From: Perkinsus olseni | Lineage: Eukaryota | DNA length: 56,860 bases | Direction of reading: 5' to 3' | Assembly: GCA_013115125.1 (NCBI GenBank) | Contig: JABANN010000175.1 | Span: 1-56,860, forward strand | Shown: positions 10,198 through 23,449 of the stretch, piece by piece | Layout of the letters: the number at the start of each line of letters is the position of its first letter | How positions within the stretch are numbered: the stretch's first letter is position 1 | Notes under the pieces: generated by a model | What the model was told of the DNA's origin: nothing | The model's input: the letters and a program-made list of their open reading frames with translations, nothing else | Databases searched by the model: none | Translations under genes and position numbers: made by a program

Positions 10198-10971
10198 ATG
10201 ACTCTCCGCCTCGTCGCCTATCTCTTTATCGCCTCACTGGTGACTGCTTTCCGCCAGGTAGACTACGGTACCTTCGTCTATGAGGTCAAGAAGCCGCATC
10301 CGTTCAAGTTGACTTTCACCACCACTCACGACCATTATGGTCTCTTCGTAGTACAATGCGGGAAGAAACGGTTCCACGATAACTGGTTGAAGCTGACTGT
10401 AGACGAGGACAACGTATATGATGCAATGCTGCATGAGTTCCCGGAGACCCCTTATTGGAAGATGCAACAGAAGCGTTGGGTTGACCGTGTCCGAGAAACA
10501 TGCCCTAAGATCACATTCGATGATGCCGATTTCCAGTACTGGTTCATTAACCCGAATGGTGATGTGGCGACACAAATTGGAGGTAAAGAGGTTTTCGTGC
10601 CACGGCAGTGGTTCCCACTGATACCAGGAAGATACTGGTCCGAGCCTTCGATAACACCATTTAGGATGAAGTTTGACATTCACCCCGACGGGACCGCTTT
10701 TGTGATATTCGGCTGTGAAGGAGGCGACACCGGTGGTTATAGGAGGTTCAATCTCGTCAAGAAAGGCGATGATGGGCGCTACGAACTGACAGCCGTCAAA
10801 GGCCGCTCTACCGTGAAGGACCTCATTGACACTTTTCGGGCAGCCTGTCCTGATCTCTGGCATCCTAGACTCGAGGAGGACTTGAAAAGCGTGAGGTTCG
10901 CCAATTATGACCAAGTATACGTCATGGAAAGCGTCGGCTCCGACCGTCTCTTTAGAAACTATGTAAGATGA
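10198..10971 (+). CDS. Secreted protein of unknown family, paralog 3 (257 aa, intronless)
   Basis: Signal-peptide-like N-terminus, same length as paralog 1 and ungapped similarity to it. Confidence 0.85.
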   Translation: MTLRLVAYLFIASLVTAFRQVDYGTFVYEVKKPHPFKLTFTTTHDHYGLFVVQCGKKRFHDNWLKLTVDEDNVYDAMLHEFPETPYWKMQQKRWVDRVRETCPKITFDDADFQYWFINPNGDVATQIGGKEVFVPRQWFPLIPGRYWSEPSITPFRMKFDIHPDGTAFVIFGCEGGDTGGYRRFNLVKKGDDGRYELTAVKGRSTVKDLIDTFRAACPDLWHPRLEEDLKSVRFANYDQVYVMESVGSDRLFRNYVR

Positions 10972-12549
10972 TTTCCCCCCTCCCCCCCACCCCCTCCAGC
11001 AGACCCTTACTCCCAGTAGCAGGGCTCGCTAAGTATTTCTCTTCGTTGACATCGTATATGTCGGTAAGTCAGTGGTGTCTGTTTCATTGGTCCCTGTCAG
11101 AGCTAATCAATGATCAGCACTGTGTTATGGATGATCTTTCGTGGGCATCGCTTGTAGGACGGTGGTGACATGATATAACTCTGTCTCCTTTTACACTTAA
11201 TGTGTTCGCGTGCAACTAGCGTGCACGCGTGTTTTGCCCGGGCCGGGCAGTGGCCACTTTTTACTAGCCAACCTTATCGAAAGAGTCTATGGAGAGAGAG
11301 TCCCTGATTTTTCTGTGTTGTCTACGTGTAGACAACAAGCTCCGCGCGCCACCTCGCTCCAGCAAGGAACCTGAGTATGCGTGCAGCCGCTGTATTAGCT
11401 TAGGAAGATGAGTTGAATAGTCAGAATATTAGATATTATCCTAGACCCGACCTATACTTATTCAAGTTAGCCTTTTTCTTGAGACCTTAATGGCACTGAG
11501 TTCAGTCCAGGGCGGCTTACCCCCAACAGTCCCCTTCCACGGGGGACTTTTTTCACTAACATGCTTGAGCAGTTAAATCGTGCGATGGCGCACAGCGGCA
11601 GCTCCAATCAAACATAATAAGCCGAGACTTCTATAATAGCCATTTGTTTCTGCACATCTCCTTCGACCCGAGTTGCCAGTTAGTTTCAATCACATCACGC
11701 GTTAAGGAGAGCTTCTAAACACAAGCTTCGTGCTGATAGCGGATCTTTGTGGCCTCCACTGGCCGTGTGACGGATCGGAGCTCCTGACCGATCAGTCTGG
11801 CGAATCAAGATAGCATGGATAACATCTGGAGGCTGAAAACCTCGATTCGGCCGACAGTTCTCGTGTAAGTAATTACTCGCACATTCCGATCGTAAAGGTC
11901 AAATCAAATTCCTCTCACACGAACGGCATGCCGGTAAATACTCAGTTCCTGGGCGGAGTTAGGAAGTGAGCACCTGAAGCGCTTGCTGTTAGCCTCCAAC
12001 TTGGGAAAACATCACAGATCCCCTCGCAACATCACAGCCCCTCATAACATTCGCTCTACTTTCTAACATTAGTCACTTCTAGCCTAAAGGATACTGTAGA
12101 GATCCACGTCTAGTTGATGAGTACATCTATTCAAGGTCTACCACGCTAGTCTATTCGTACCCCACTAGTCACTATTCACTCAACACCCAACGCTTGTGCC
12201 TCGTTAAAGCATTCTCATATGATGTAATGTGTACACCGGCTGTTGCCCCCATTCAAGAGCGTATGACCCACACACACCGCGGAGATTAAGCTAACTTGAA
12301 GTATAAAGGTAGCAGCTCAGAAAGTTGTATTAGTATTATTACTACCGGATAATCTGTATATGATCGTACTACTCATCATCAGCTCTCTCATCAATGGTCA
12401 ATTGTAATAGTAGTACTAGAAACACCCGTCTTTAATGGTGATAGAAAAAGGAGCTGAAAGTGTACACTAGGGCTCGCTAAACCATGTAGAACACGAGGGC
12501 ATAACAACTCTCCCACCGGTACACGGAGAGTCTTCCCTTAGAAAGGGGA

Positions 12550-13364
12550 TTACTGAGCACCACCCTCAGCAGCACCATCCTGATCAGAGGTCCACAAAGT
12601 AAGGTTGTCTCTAAGGAGCTGCATAATGAGAGTAGAGTCCTTGTAGCTATCCTCGCTGACATTGTCGAGCTCAGCAATGGCGTCTTCAAATGCCTTGCGA
12701 GCCATCTTGCAAGCCTCTTCGGGCTGGTTTAACACCTCATAGTAAAATACAGAATAGTTGAGAGCAAGGCCTAGACGGATAGGGTGAGTAACTTGCAACT
12801 CGGACTGGGCGATATTGGTCGCATCCTTGTAAGCCTGATCAGCGTTATCGGCAGCCTTATTCCTCTTCTCGCCAGTGCTAAATTCGGCGATATAGCGATA
12901 GTAATCACCCTTCATCTTGTAGTAGAAGACCTTGGACTCGCCCGTCTGGGAATGAGGGATGAGAGACTTGTCAAGAAGATCAAGAATAGCATCACAGATT
13001 GTCTGGAGCTCGGCCTCGATCTTCTCCCTGTAACTCTTAGCGATCTCGGCATTGCTGGTGTTGCCTTTGGAGGCCTCCTTCTGCTCGACAGATGATACAA
13101 TCCTCCAGGAGGCACGTCGAGACCCAACAGCGTTCTTGTAGGCAACCGACAAGAGATTGCGCTCCTACATAAGAGAAGACGATTCACTTTCGAAAACTGA
13201 GGCCGATTCCCTCAACAAAGCTCCCGTGCTCTTCCCCCTACCTCAACGCTAAGTTCCCCCTTTCCCTCAGCGACAGCCTTCATATACGAGGCCATCTCGT
13301 CGTAGCGCTCAGCCTGCTCGGCAAGCTTGGAAAGATAAACATTCTTCTCACACTCGTTCGCCAT
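12550..13364 (-). CDS. 14-3-3 protein, copy 3 (exons 13364-13242 and 13164-12550; 245 aa)
   Basis: 14-3-3 signatures. 77-nt GT-AG intron at the conserved position. Exon 1 is [29 protein letters not shown]. Confidence 0.97.
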
Positions 13365-14005
13365 TTTAGGTTCAATAAGACTGTAATCTAATAGCCTTGC
13401 GTTAGAGAGCTGTTGTGAAGGAATGACAAGTGACTCAAGATTTCAAGATATCCTCAGAAATCGCGAAATAGCCGAACTCCAGCTACGAGACAGAAGGGAT
13501 CTAGGAACCCTGCAACTACGAACTTGAGCTGATCGGTTGCTCTGGAGGAACTACTACTACCCGCTCGCGTCTCGGATGAGCAAACGTGTCAAAATGAGGA
13601 CCGTGGCGGCCTTGCATGGCTAGCGCTTCGGTTTGTGTTCTGGAAGCTGTCTTTGCAGTCACAAAAAATGTCTCCTGAGGATATCTGTGCTCATTTTCAA
13701 GATATTCAGGAGTTCGCGACGCGTCACCTACGGCAAGACGAATGTTACTACGTAATATGTTGTGAAGGCGAGTGGTTCGCTTCGCCACAGCCAGTCTACT
13801 TCTGCAGTCGCCTGATGGCATGCTCCAATGCGGGGTGGTAGAAAGAAGCGGTGATTAGGCCATGGCTCTATGCTGTGAGCGATCTGGCGGCGTGGCAGTG
13901 GCGCCCAATATCTTTCGGTTTCGATCGATTCGTAATCTCTCTGCCAAGTTCATTCATGCGAAAGAGCATCTCATGATTGCTTTCAAATCATATTATTTTA
14001 TTACT

Positions 14006-15031
14006 ATGGCCTCTGACAGTTGCAACAAGGTTACCACGGCAGCTGAGCGCTTTTCTGATAGCCCTGGTTGCCAGTCCGCCACTGCTAGGGAGGTAACTGT
14101 ACGATACCAACGCCCTGCGCTACTGTTCGTGATAGATGTTGTCTCAGGTTCGTTCACGTCCGAGCCTAGCTGCCGGCGGCTGGGCATGTGTCCGCTGTGG
14201 CAATGTCAACTTTCCACAGAAGCTATTCTGCAACATGAGAAAGTGCATGTCCCCGAGGCCTTTGCGAGCTTGGAGATGTAAAGGCTGTGGTAAGGCGCGC
14301 AGCATGCTCGGTAACCGAGCTTACAAACCGTTTGTAACTTTGTGAATTCAGGTTTCAAAGAGTCCAATCCGCTGGCGCCCAGATGCCCGGAGTGCAACAC
14401 CGCGCGTCGCCTATCCCGTGACGATTGCATCCTGGTCTATGCGCATGCTACAGGGGAAATACCCTTCCAGTTCCAACCGGAGGCTATGATGGCGCAACAG
14501 CTCATTAAGGCTCCCGTCGGCTCGTGGGTGTGCTCGGCCTGCAACAACGTCAACTGGCCTGAGCGCACGAGATGCAACGGTAATCGCTGCAAGAAGGCGA
14601 GAGGTTCTGAAGACGTGCTCCACACTCAAAAGAAGCGGGATGTCCTTCGCAAGTATGCTCAGGAGCTTAGTGGTCCGGCCATCCCTCCCACCTTGGCGGC
14701 TTTGCAAGAGTACGCTGGTGTTCACGAGAAGGGTGCTCCAGTGGTCAACTCCGAGAATGATAGCTCTACGGTTTCCTCTGGCTCCCGTTCGCCGTGTTGC
14801 ACGCCGGCTGAGCTCGCCGAGAAGATGATTACTCAGCAACGCCTGGCCGAGTTGGCGAAAGTTGTTTATATCGAGAAAGAAGCTGATGGCAGATATCCTG
14901 ACGTCGACGACGCTCCCCCCGGTAGTTGGTTGTGTGTCTGCGGCAATGTCAATTGGCCGTTTCGGCTGTCGTGCAACAAGCTTGATTGTGGAATGGTGAG
15001 GCCATTCCTGCCGTCGCACAGAGATGCTTGA
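14006..15031 (+). CDS. RanBP2-type zinc-finger protein (exons 14006-14092, 14136-14289, 14352-15031; about 306 aa)
   Basis: Repeated W-x-C-x(1-2)-C-x-N-V-N-[FW]...C..C motifs (WACVRCGNVNF, WVCSACNNVNW, WLCVCGNVNW). GT-AG introns keep the frame. Confidence 0.85.
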
Positions 15032-15966
15032 AGCTTTGCGTATTTTTGCCACCGAAACTGATGAGTGGTGGTTCTTATCGGCGCTTACAACTGTTTGTAA
15101 ATACTCCCTCTCAGTGGGGATGGATTATGAAATCTGGTTTTAAGTGAATTTTGGTATTACACTAGTCCGTCTATGTATGTCCTATCTGCTCGTGTGGCAG
15201 TAGCGCATGAAAGTAGTTGTGTCGTGATCGTGCAATGGTATTGAGTTCCGTAAGCCTGACAAGAGCTCGTGCGATCTGTCCACTGGGTGGGAGGGAGATG
15301 CGGTTGGCAATTGGGAATACTTCCTAGCATTTGAAGGATTGCTACCTGATAAGCTTTGGTGTTCATTGTGCTGCTCGACGGCAGTGATTACGCTGGGTTT
15401 TGAAAGGGGATTATTATTTATCGTAGGTACCTCGTTTTCCGGTGTTTTCAAACACCTGCCATTCCCTTCCTAACTGCGAACCATCTTTCCCGCTTATCTT
15501 CATTCGCAAAATTTGAGGGAAGGGAAAGGCCGATTTGAAAGTGTCTGGAAATTTGTGATACGCTAGTTGTATGCCTTGATAAGACGCCGAAACATGCCGC
15601 GAGTATGTTAATTTGATGAGTAGGTATTTCAACCGACTGGATATAAACAAAAAAAGTCACGTTGTGTCGCACAACTTGTGTACAAACGTGATTCATGTTG
15701 TGAGTCGGATGACAAATTTGATGGCCGTTGTGGCCAGTGACTATGTCCCTAGCCATGTCCCTCAACTGATGATTTCTGGGGCACTCCGTGATAGCGTTAT
15801 TATTATTGCACACGCTACCTGAAAAGTTTATTATCAGCAGCCTCAGTTCAGCATTGGAGAAAGCAGAGCAATCCACTGATTCAACGCTCACTACCAACAC
15901 AACATCCCCGTAAGTATGCAGTTCATTAGCAATAATTCAGTGCATAGCAGTTGTATTCGTTACAGT

Positions 15967-17822
15967 TCAAATATCAGGAGGTCTTCGCTGTGACATGCCG
16001 AATATCGGAAAAGTAGGTATCGTCGGTTCCGCGATCCTCATACGTTTGGCTGCGGCGACAGCCTCCTCATGATCACGCTCGACAGAGCTGCTGTCCCATT
16101 CATCAACCCACTTGCGTTTCAAGCTACCTGAATAAGATAATTTCCAAAAACTAATACTTTGTAACTCTTCAACACTAACCTTTCTCACGTGCCTTCTTAA
16201 CTCCTCTCTGCAGCAGACGTAACATCTTCCACCTCGCTTCTTCGAAGACAGCCTGGAGATCCTCGGATCCCTCCGAGCTCCCACCAGTCACTAGTCCCGT
16301 TCGCGACTGTGACAGAAACAGTCGAATGGAACCACGCAAAAATCGGCAGTACTTTGTTTCCACGGCCCTTCTCAGCCAGCATTGCCCTCAGCACTCCTTG
16401 CCGTGTCGGGTCCTGCGACAAAGCGCCCATCTTCTTCCCGTCATACGCCGCTTGTAACCGGAAGTAATACCTGCCAACACGTTACGCTTTCAACACCGAA
16501 TGCACAATACAACTCATACTCCTTGATCTCCCTGATGGCAGCATCACGGCTCCAGGGGTAGGGCGCAGCGAGTCCCTCTCGCCGCAGCATCTCCTGTATA
16601 TCCCGCTCCTTCTTGCCTACCCAAACTCAACGTCGCTTCGGTAACCCAGCTGAAACCCTCGCCGCTTACCCCGGAATATTGGTAAGGTCGGACGAGAATC
16701 TATCGGCACTCCTTTGGATTGCGATAGCTTCTGTCGCATGAACACGGGATTCTTCCCCTCCGCGACGGCTTCTACTTCTGCAGTATTAGCCACCCGTATG
16801 GCCTGGGAGTGGTTTGGCGTTCACTGGTGACGGCGCGCTTCGGCAGTATCACCTTTCTTATCTTCTTCCGTGTATTGTTCTCCCCCATTAACCTCACCAT
16901 AGCGGCGATGCGGGGCTCCTTCACAAGAGATGACACTGACGTAGAAGCGTTGCACTCCGGACAAGTCTGGGACACCAACTCGAGGTGCCGCCGAATACTG
17001 AGGGCGGGGAAGGTTACATGATAAGGAACGAAGAGTTGCTTACCATGCACTGCAGAAGACATGAGAGCACTTCGCCATCATGGGAGCGTCGAGGAAGCCT
17101 TTACAGACCGAGCATCGCAACTGCGAAGACGATCACTGTCCACCAACCGGGAATCTTTCCTGCAATGCGAAATCCGCCCTCAGGCAGGCACCCAAGGCGG
17201 TGACTCGACGCAGTGCGTTTCGAACCGCACACGAGCCCGAATATGCAAGCCAGCAATGACGATCACCTGCGCTTCCATCTCCTTGAAAGCTGTCAATAGT
17301 CCAGCATTACCACTGCCTGTTGACGAGTCCCCTTCCACGCTCCTGTACGCTCATCACCAGCACAACTAGCATGTTTTCACTGCAGTACCTTCTCTCACGG
17401 GGAGGTGTTACCCTCCCTAGTTTTAAGGGACTCGTGTTCACCGCCACCGTCCTTTGCTGATCGGGTGTTGAAGGCGTCTTCGCGGGTCTTGGTCGAAGCC
17501 CATGCTGTCTCTGCGGGGTCGTCGCCGATCTACAGGACGGGAATCCGTGAAGTTCCACCTGCTTTGCGCTACCTCGCTGAAGCCGAGTGGGTCTCCGCAA
17601 CTTTCCTCTCCCCCAGACGAGCACTCCTCCGAGGTCCTAGGGACCTGGCACCCGAGATTTCAGAGAGAAGCAAGCGCGAGTACACGACCTCGACACCCAC
17701 GTCATGTGCTCAGCTCCCGGACTAGCTTCGAGGTGACTTGGCGAGTTGGATTCAGAGCACAAGTCAACAACGTCCGATGATTCACTGTGGCTTCTCCAGC
17801 CGGAGGGCCCCGACGCCGTCAT
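15967..17822 (-). CDS. RAD18: RAD18-like RING-HC E3 ubiquitin ligase, multi-exon
   Basis: Spliced [45 protein letters not shown], followed by a SAP-like [20 protein letters not shown] segment and [10 protein letters not shown]. The 3' end is approximate. Confidence 0.7.
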
Positions 17823-18409
17823 AACAACGCTGAGGGGCATCCTATCCAATCCTGCAGTAACTTGAACTCGGCAAGATCCGAATACAAAAGATATCTTTAC
17901 ATTGACAAGTAGCGGATGATGGTCAGCAGCAGCATAGAAATAATACAGAATAGACAGCGGGCAGATGGTAGGAGAGCCGAAATACGCGTAAAACATGGGC
18001 GCCAGAGCAACGATGGTGATGATGAGAGAGCAGGAGGCAATCACCGGCTTTACATCCACGACACAAATGAAGTAAGTCAGCGAACGCCTCCTGTATGAAC
18101 CAAACTTATCTGCAAGACATACGCACTCGAGGATAGATAGACTGATCATAAAACTGATTGAAATTTCGTAAAAACGAAACTCTGTCTCCCTCGGAGTTGC
18201 ATCAACAATGCAAACTCTCACGTCACAGTCCACCAAGGACACTATACAGAATCTCTCGCCCTCAGTAAAAAGTAATGGTCGCGGGCAAGGACAAGACGGA
18301 TCAGTCTCGCTACTTCAAATGGATGACTCGGAGCATCATAGCGCTCCCGTAGCGTATCTAACGAGACCATCACCGCAACCCCTGATAACCAACCCCATTA
18401 CGTTCATTT

Positions 18410-20962
18410 CTAAGCGGTTGCCTTCACCGTATTGCTCTGTTCATGCCCATCATACTCGGCTTCAAGGAAAGCCCATTTAGCTTTGGTGACTTCCTTTGCC
18501 CTCTGAGCCCTGACCACCACACACAGCCTTTACACGGCTGCAGACCTCCCCCCTCTACTACTGTTCCGCGACATTCCGGACTTTGGAGTTGCACTCGTCG
18601 AAGAAGGGGGGATCAGCCTCCATGAGTAGCTTAATGACATTGTACGACAAACCGTGGACAGTAGTGTTCCAGTGAGAGTCAGAGTTCCTGTATCTGCATC
18701 ATCCAGGAGCGTTCTCCCAGCAGCGAGACGAAGGGGGAAGGAAGGCTTACAATGGTCCAATGACAAGGGGGAAAATAACCTGCCGATTCTGATTTATCCG
18801 CTTGGCGATGTAGTCGTTGTTCCAGAGGAACAGCACCCGCTCTGCAACCTGGGAAGTTGAAGCGAGGGATTCACAGTGTCGGAAGATCTTACGCCCGCTC
18901 GAATGACGCGGTACTACCTGGAAGTGAGGACTCGCGATGCACTGCCCTATCCGCTTGAAAAGTGGTACCTCCACCTTCTGGAATTCTGGTGGTTGCGTCA
19001 ACTGAAGATCATCATGCACATAAAATGCTTCGCTCCGCTGTTTAATATGGGATTACCTCCAGAACCACCTCCACCTCATTGAGAAACAACACTTCTTTTG
19101 GTGTGTTGGTTATTGGCCAAAATCGGAGAAGGCCTATCCGTAACGAAAATAAACCAACTGCTGCTTCGCTCCGCTCGCTCGCATTACCCAGAATGATCGA
19201 GTCAGCTAAGCGCGGATCCTTCTCCACGTATTGAGTCATACAGTATGACAGCTGCTGATGGAAAGAGTTCAACGTCTTCACCTGGCATCCCACCGGAGCT
19301 TTCAAAATCTCCTCAACGCCCCGTGACCGCACCTTATGAAGTGGTATGAGGCTCTTCTCCAAGAACTGCTTGTGCTCCTCCTTCAATGGGAGAGCAAAGC
19401 CGTTGACGATCGAACCGAATATCTCCAGCAGTTCCTCGATGCCGTTGTGATACTCGCTTTCGTATATGATCTTGTAGAAGAGGTTCTGCATGGCTTTCCG
19501 AATGAACGCCCGCAGCGCCATAAATTTGCCTGAGGACCGATCCGATACATCACGCACGAGCTGCTGCTGCTGCTGCTCCGCCGCCGCCGCGGCCTACCGT
19601 ATATCCTGTGGAGTATCGTTTTTAGATAATCCCTTTCGCGAGGATCCTCCGAGTCAAAAAGATCCATCAACCTAAAAATGCCATGACGGCTTCTGCACAC
19701 GACGCTCTCGTCCTCTCAAGAACACGTTTCAAGATGGGATCGGAATGCCATTCACCTTCCACAGACTTGCTGGTTCAACCCAAACCACCGTGCTGCTACC
19801 CCTCCGTCCTTTCCACTACTACCTCAATACGAAAGTCTGATCAACGAACCTCTTGGCGATTTTAGGGTCAACATCATTAGATACCACAAAGCGAAGGAAA
19901 AACTCGTATCTGCATGGGAGAAGAGGCGTAGGCAGCTCATGACAAGCCGACCACATCAAACCTACACAATCTGAAGGTGGGGCCAACTGGGCTCTAGTGT
20001 CGGTTCATCATCTTCGGGATCGTAGATGGAGTTTGGGTTACGACCGTGCACCGGCGGAAGCTGCAGGAAGCAATCAATATGCCCCTCCCTCTATGCCCAT
20101 GCGACGAGTCGTCAGCCGCAAATTTCTTCCCGTTTCCCGTTTACTACCGCCCGAAAAATATTCGCGGAGACCATGTTAACCACATCTTGCATGACCGACT
20201 CGTTAAAGCAGTTGCGCGTATTGTTCACGTACCTATCAATAATCAAATATGGCGAATTTTAGGTCGAAGCTTGCTCAGTACTCCACGAGCTCAAGTAGTG
20301 TTTGTCGTTTGGCTTCCTTCTCCTTGAGATATGTCTGCTGATTATTGAAGTCAAATACGACCCCACACGCTCGCACCTTCTGTCGGAAAAGCTCACTTCT
20401 CTCAGCCACGGGTGCATCTATAAAACTTCAAGTATCCACGCGTATCTTTAGGTTGAGATAGTACTTCGTAGTGGAGGAAGATTCTCGAAAGGGTTGACCT
20501 CGGCCGACATAAAATGGCCGGGTTTTATTAACACTTGCGTGGAATTAGCAAATCCTGGCCCATGCTGATGATGATGGACCTACCCAAAAGCCTACCTTCA
20601 CCATCCACACGCCGTCCTCAATCACTACCTTATGTCCACCACTGTTCGCCACTGGGTGTTGCTGTTGTTGCTGTTTTGACGCCGATGATCCGCCTGTACT
20701 CGCCACCTGCGTGCTGCTGTTGCCTGCTGCGCTCTGCTCATTTCCACCAGCCGCGGAACCTGCCAATCAAACCTTCGCAGTGCGTTGAGGGTATCTTGAG
20801 GTTACCCTTGGGTGAGCTGGTAGAGGCCATAGTAGAGCTGGTCGAGTCCGCGGCAGCATTGGCAGTGGTGGCTGGTGCCGGGCTGTTGTTAGTGCTGCTG
20901 TTGCCGCTGTTTTTCTTTTCCTCGTTACCCATTCGACGCTTTACACTTTGAATCAGCTTCAT
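18410..20962 (-). CDS. PP2A regulatory subunit B' (B56), multi-exon
   Basis: [62 protein letters not shown]. Low-complexity N-terminus. Confidence 0.95.
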
Positions 20963-22049
20963 CCTAGAATTAATAATCAACACCACTGAGTACCGATCCT
21001 GCTTTTACGCCAATCACGACGGCCGTTCATCCTGCAGGACCAACACTACACACCTGCTGTCTGAGAATCTATTTCGGGAGTCACTCCTCACGCGCGAAAA
21101 AGGTGGTCCCAGAATCGATTTTGAGTTTCAGAATCAGTTTATCGAACATCCCCGAAGTATAGGAAACCCAACCACAACTCAGAACAGCGCAGCGGACCTC
21201 CATCGGCCGCCCCCTCCCCGAACCTCATATGGGGCTCGGGATTGACCCTGGGATAACTTCAAACGGGTGGAAAAGTGTTCTAGGAAGAAGTTCAACAGCA
21301 CGGCGGCCGCAGGGTCACAAAATTTTCAATTTGCGCCAAGGTGAAGCGCTTCGCTCCGCTCGCACTCATGTGCGCGTCTCCATCATCGCGTGCGTGTCGC
21401 ATCCCTTATTAACTTACGTCTTCTAAAACCATGGCTGCTTCTAACCGCGCTTGGCCTGCTCTAGCGGAAAGCCTTATCACAGGATGACAGGCGAAGTATC
21501 GGGCCTTGTTTACACAGTAGAGCGGGCAAGAGAATCGGAGAGGGGTTGTTAAATACGCAAGATAGCCGCTGGCAAGGAGGACTCGACAAGCTCTAGTTTG
21601 GCAGCTCATCTGTACTCAAATGTGTGGACACCTGAAAGGAGCTACGGCAGGGCGAAGGTCTGCTTAGTCACACAGACCGTATGGCCACGATTGATACAGA
21701 GGCTTGCTGTTCGGTAGCGGCGGCTGTCGGTTGGTTATATAACAATCTTAGAATAGGGGTTCATAGTGTAATTCGAAAATATATCAATCAGGTGTTATTA
21801 TTAGTCTATCTATATTATCATTAGTACATGGAACATTAGCGTAGATCTATTCTATCATTTACTAATTATTTACAATGATTGGTCGTGACGCATTTCGGCC
21901 CCAACTCTGGCCCCCTGCAGTCTACTGTGTTGTTCCTGACATAATGATATCCGGTGCAAGCGGTAACCATGCTGCTTCTGCTGCTGCTGGTAGGCTCCTC
22001 CTGATGGTCCCCATCAGTTAACAGCCTCCGTCAACCTTCAGATAGTTCT

Positions 22050-23449
22050 GTGCTTTGCGTCCCCGGCGCCAACCCCAGCGCGCTATTACCACCAATATCC
22101 CTTCCAACGGCTTCTAACCTCTACGCAGTTCATTGCGAGACCCGGACGAGGACTCTAGCGTTAGATGGTGCTACTGATCACGCCGCTGTAATGGCTGCTG
22201 CCGAAGGGCCGTGCCTTATTCGGCCTGACTTCCCTCAGACAGTGTCCCCTCCTCCCAACGTCTCCGAGTACGATTGGTTGGCTATAAGCACCTACGATAT
22301 GTGGAACGAGATGAACATCATCGTTGGAAGCGTGCAGGAGTTGGAACCATGACCACACTCTTGAAGAGATGCAATTCATCTTGCGACCAGGTACTGCACC
22401 AAACTGCTATGCCCGACGATGACGGCCGGGGACTTCGAGTATGCCTGGGCTGATGATGAAGCGGTAGGTGAGGGCGCGAAGACGACGAACATCGAAACTG
22501 TTGGTCGTTCGAACGTCGGATGTGCTTCGAATGGACTCGCGATGGCAAAGTCGCAAATCACCCTTGCTATCGTAGTGGACTGTACTGCCGCAAAGATGCT
22601 TCTCGTTACTTCGGTTTGGTCGGACTCGAGAAACGCCTTTGGCATCCTAGGGTGATAGGACACTACGCTGTCCTGAACAGCCTGTCCGCCTCGAAACTTG
22701 CATTCCAATGGCGATATCCGTGCATTTGAGCTGTTCACAGGAAAGGCTCGACGACAGAGGGACCACGTCTGCCTGTGACTGAGCTTCCCCTCTTTTGCTA
22801 TCATCAATCTCGAAAGTTTCTGTAGTTGTTTCATCTTTGCCCTTTTCTCTCTGTCTTTTTCGTCAGGGGGAGTTGAAGAAGGTATCAGCTCTGGAATACA
22901 TGTCCAACGTCCTCGACTGGTCGGAACGGTGCGTCCGTTAACTTTCGTCATCGCCAAAGGCTCATTGCCATGGTCAGGAAGATCACCGATCGCCGCTTCA
23001 TGCCGAACGAACACGGTCAGGCGTACCCGGCAAATTTCAAGGCGGAGGTGATATTTATAGATGCACCCTCGTGGTGAGAGTCTCGGATATTTTCCTTCGT
23101 CTCGTAGTTAGCAGTAATCTACAAGCGTTTCTTCCGACTCTACGGTCACATTTACTACTCCCATTTCAAGCAGCTAGAGGTGAGTGGTTAGAGCGCTAGG
23201 CGATGGTTTACAGACAGGATGCCTTCCTCAGGATGCAGGAGTGGAGCGACACTTGAATCATTCCTTCAAGCACTTCGTGTAGGGATCGTCTCAGGTGTCG
23301 ACGTTCTGACCTTTTCTCGACTTGCCAGTTACTTTGTGCGTCGCTTCGAGCTCGTGGAAGAGTCAGAGTTGGCGCCACTTCAAAGCTTGATAGACGCATG
23401 GAAGATACCTCCAAGGGAAGCCCTCCTTAGGATGGGCTCCCAACTGTAA
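22050..23449 (+). CDS. MOB1/phocein-family kinase activator, multi-exon (start uncertain)
   Basis: DWLAISTYDMWNE, CPTMTAGDFEYAWAD, SALEYMSNVLDW, KRFFRLYGHIYYSHF, HLNHSFKHF, ELAPLQSLI. Confidence 0.9.
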
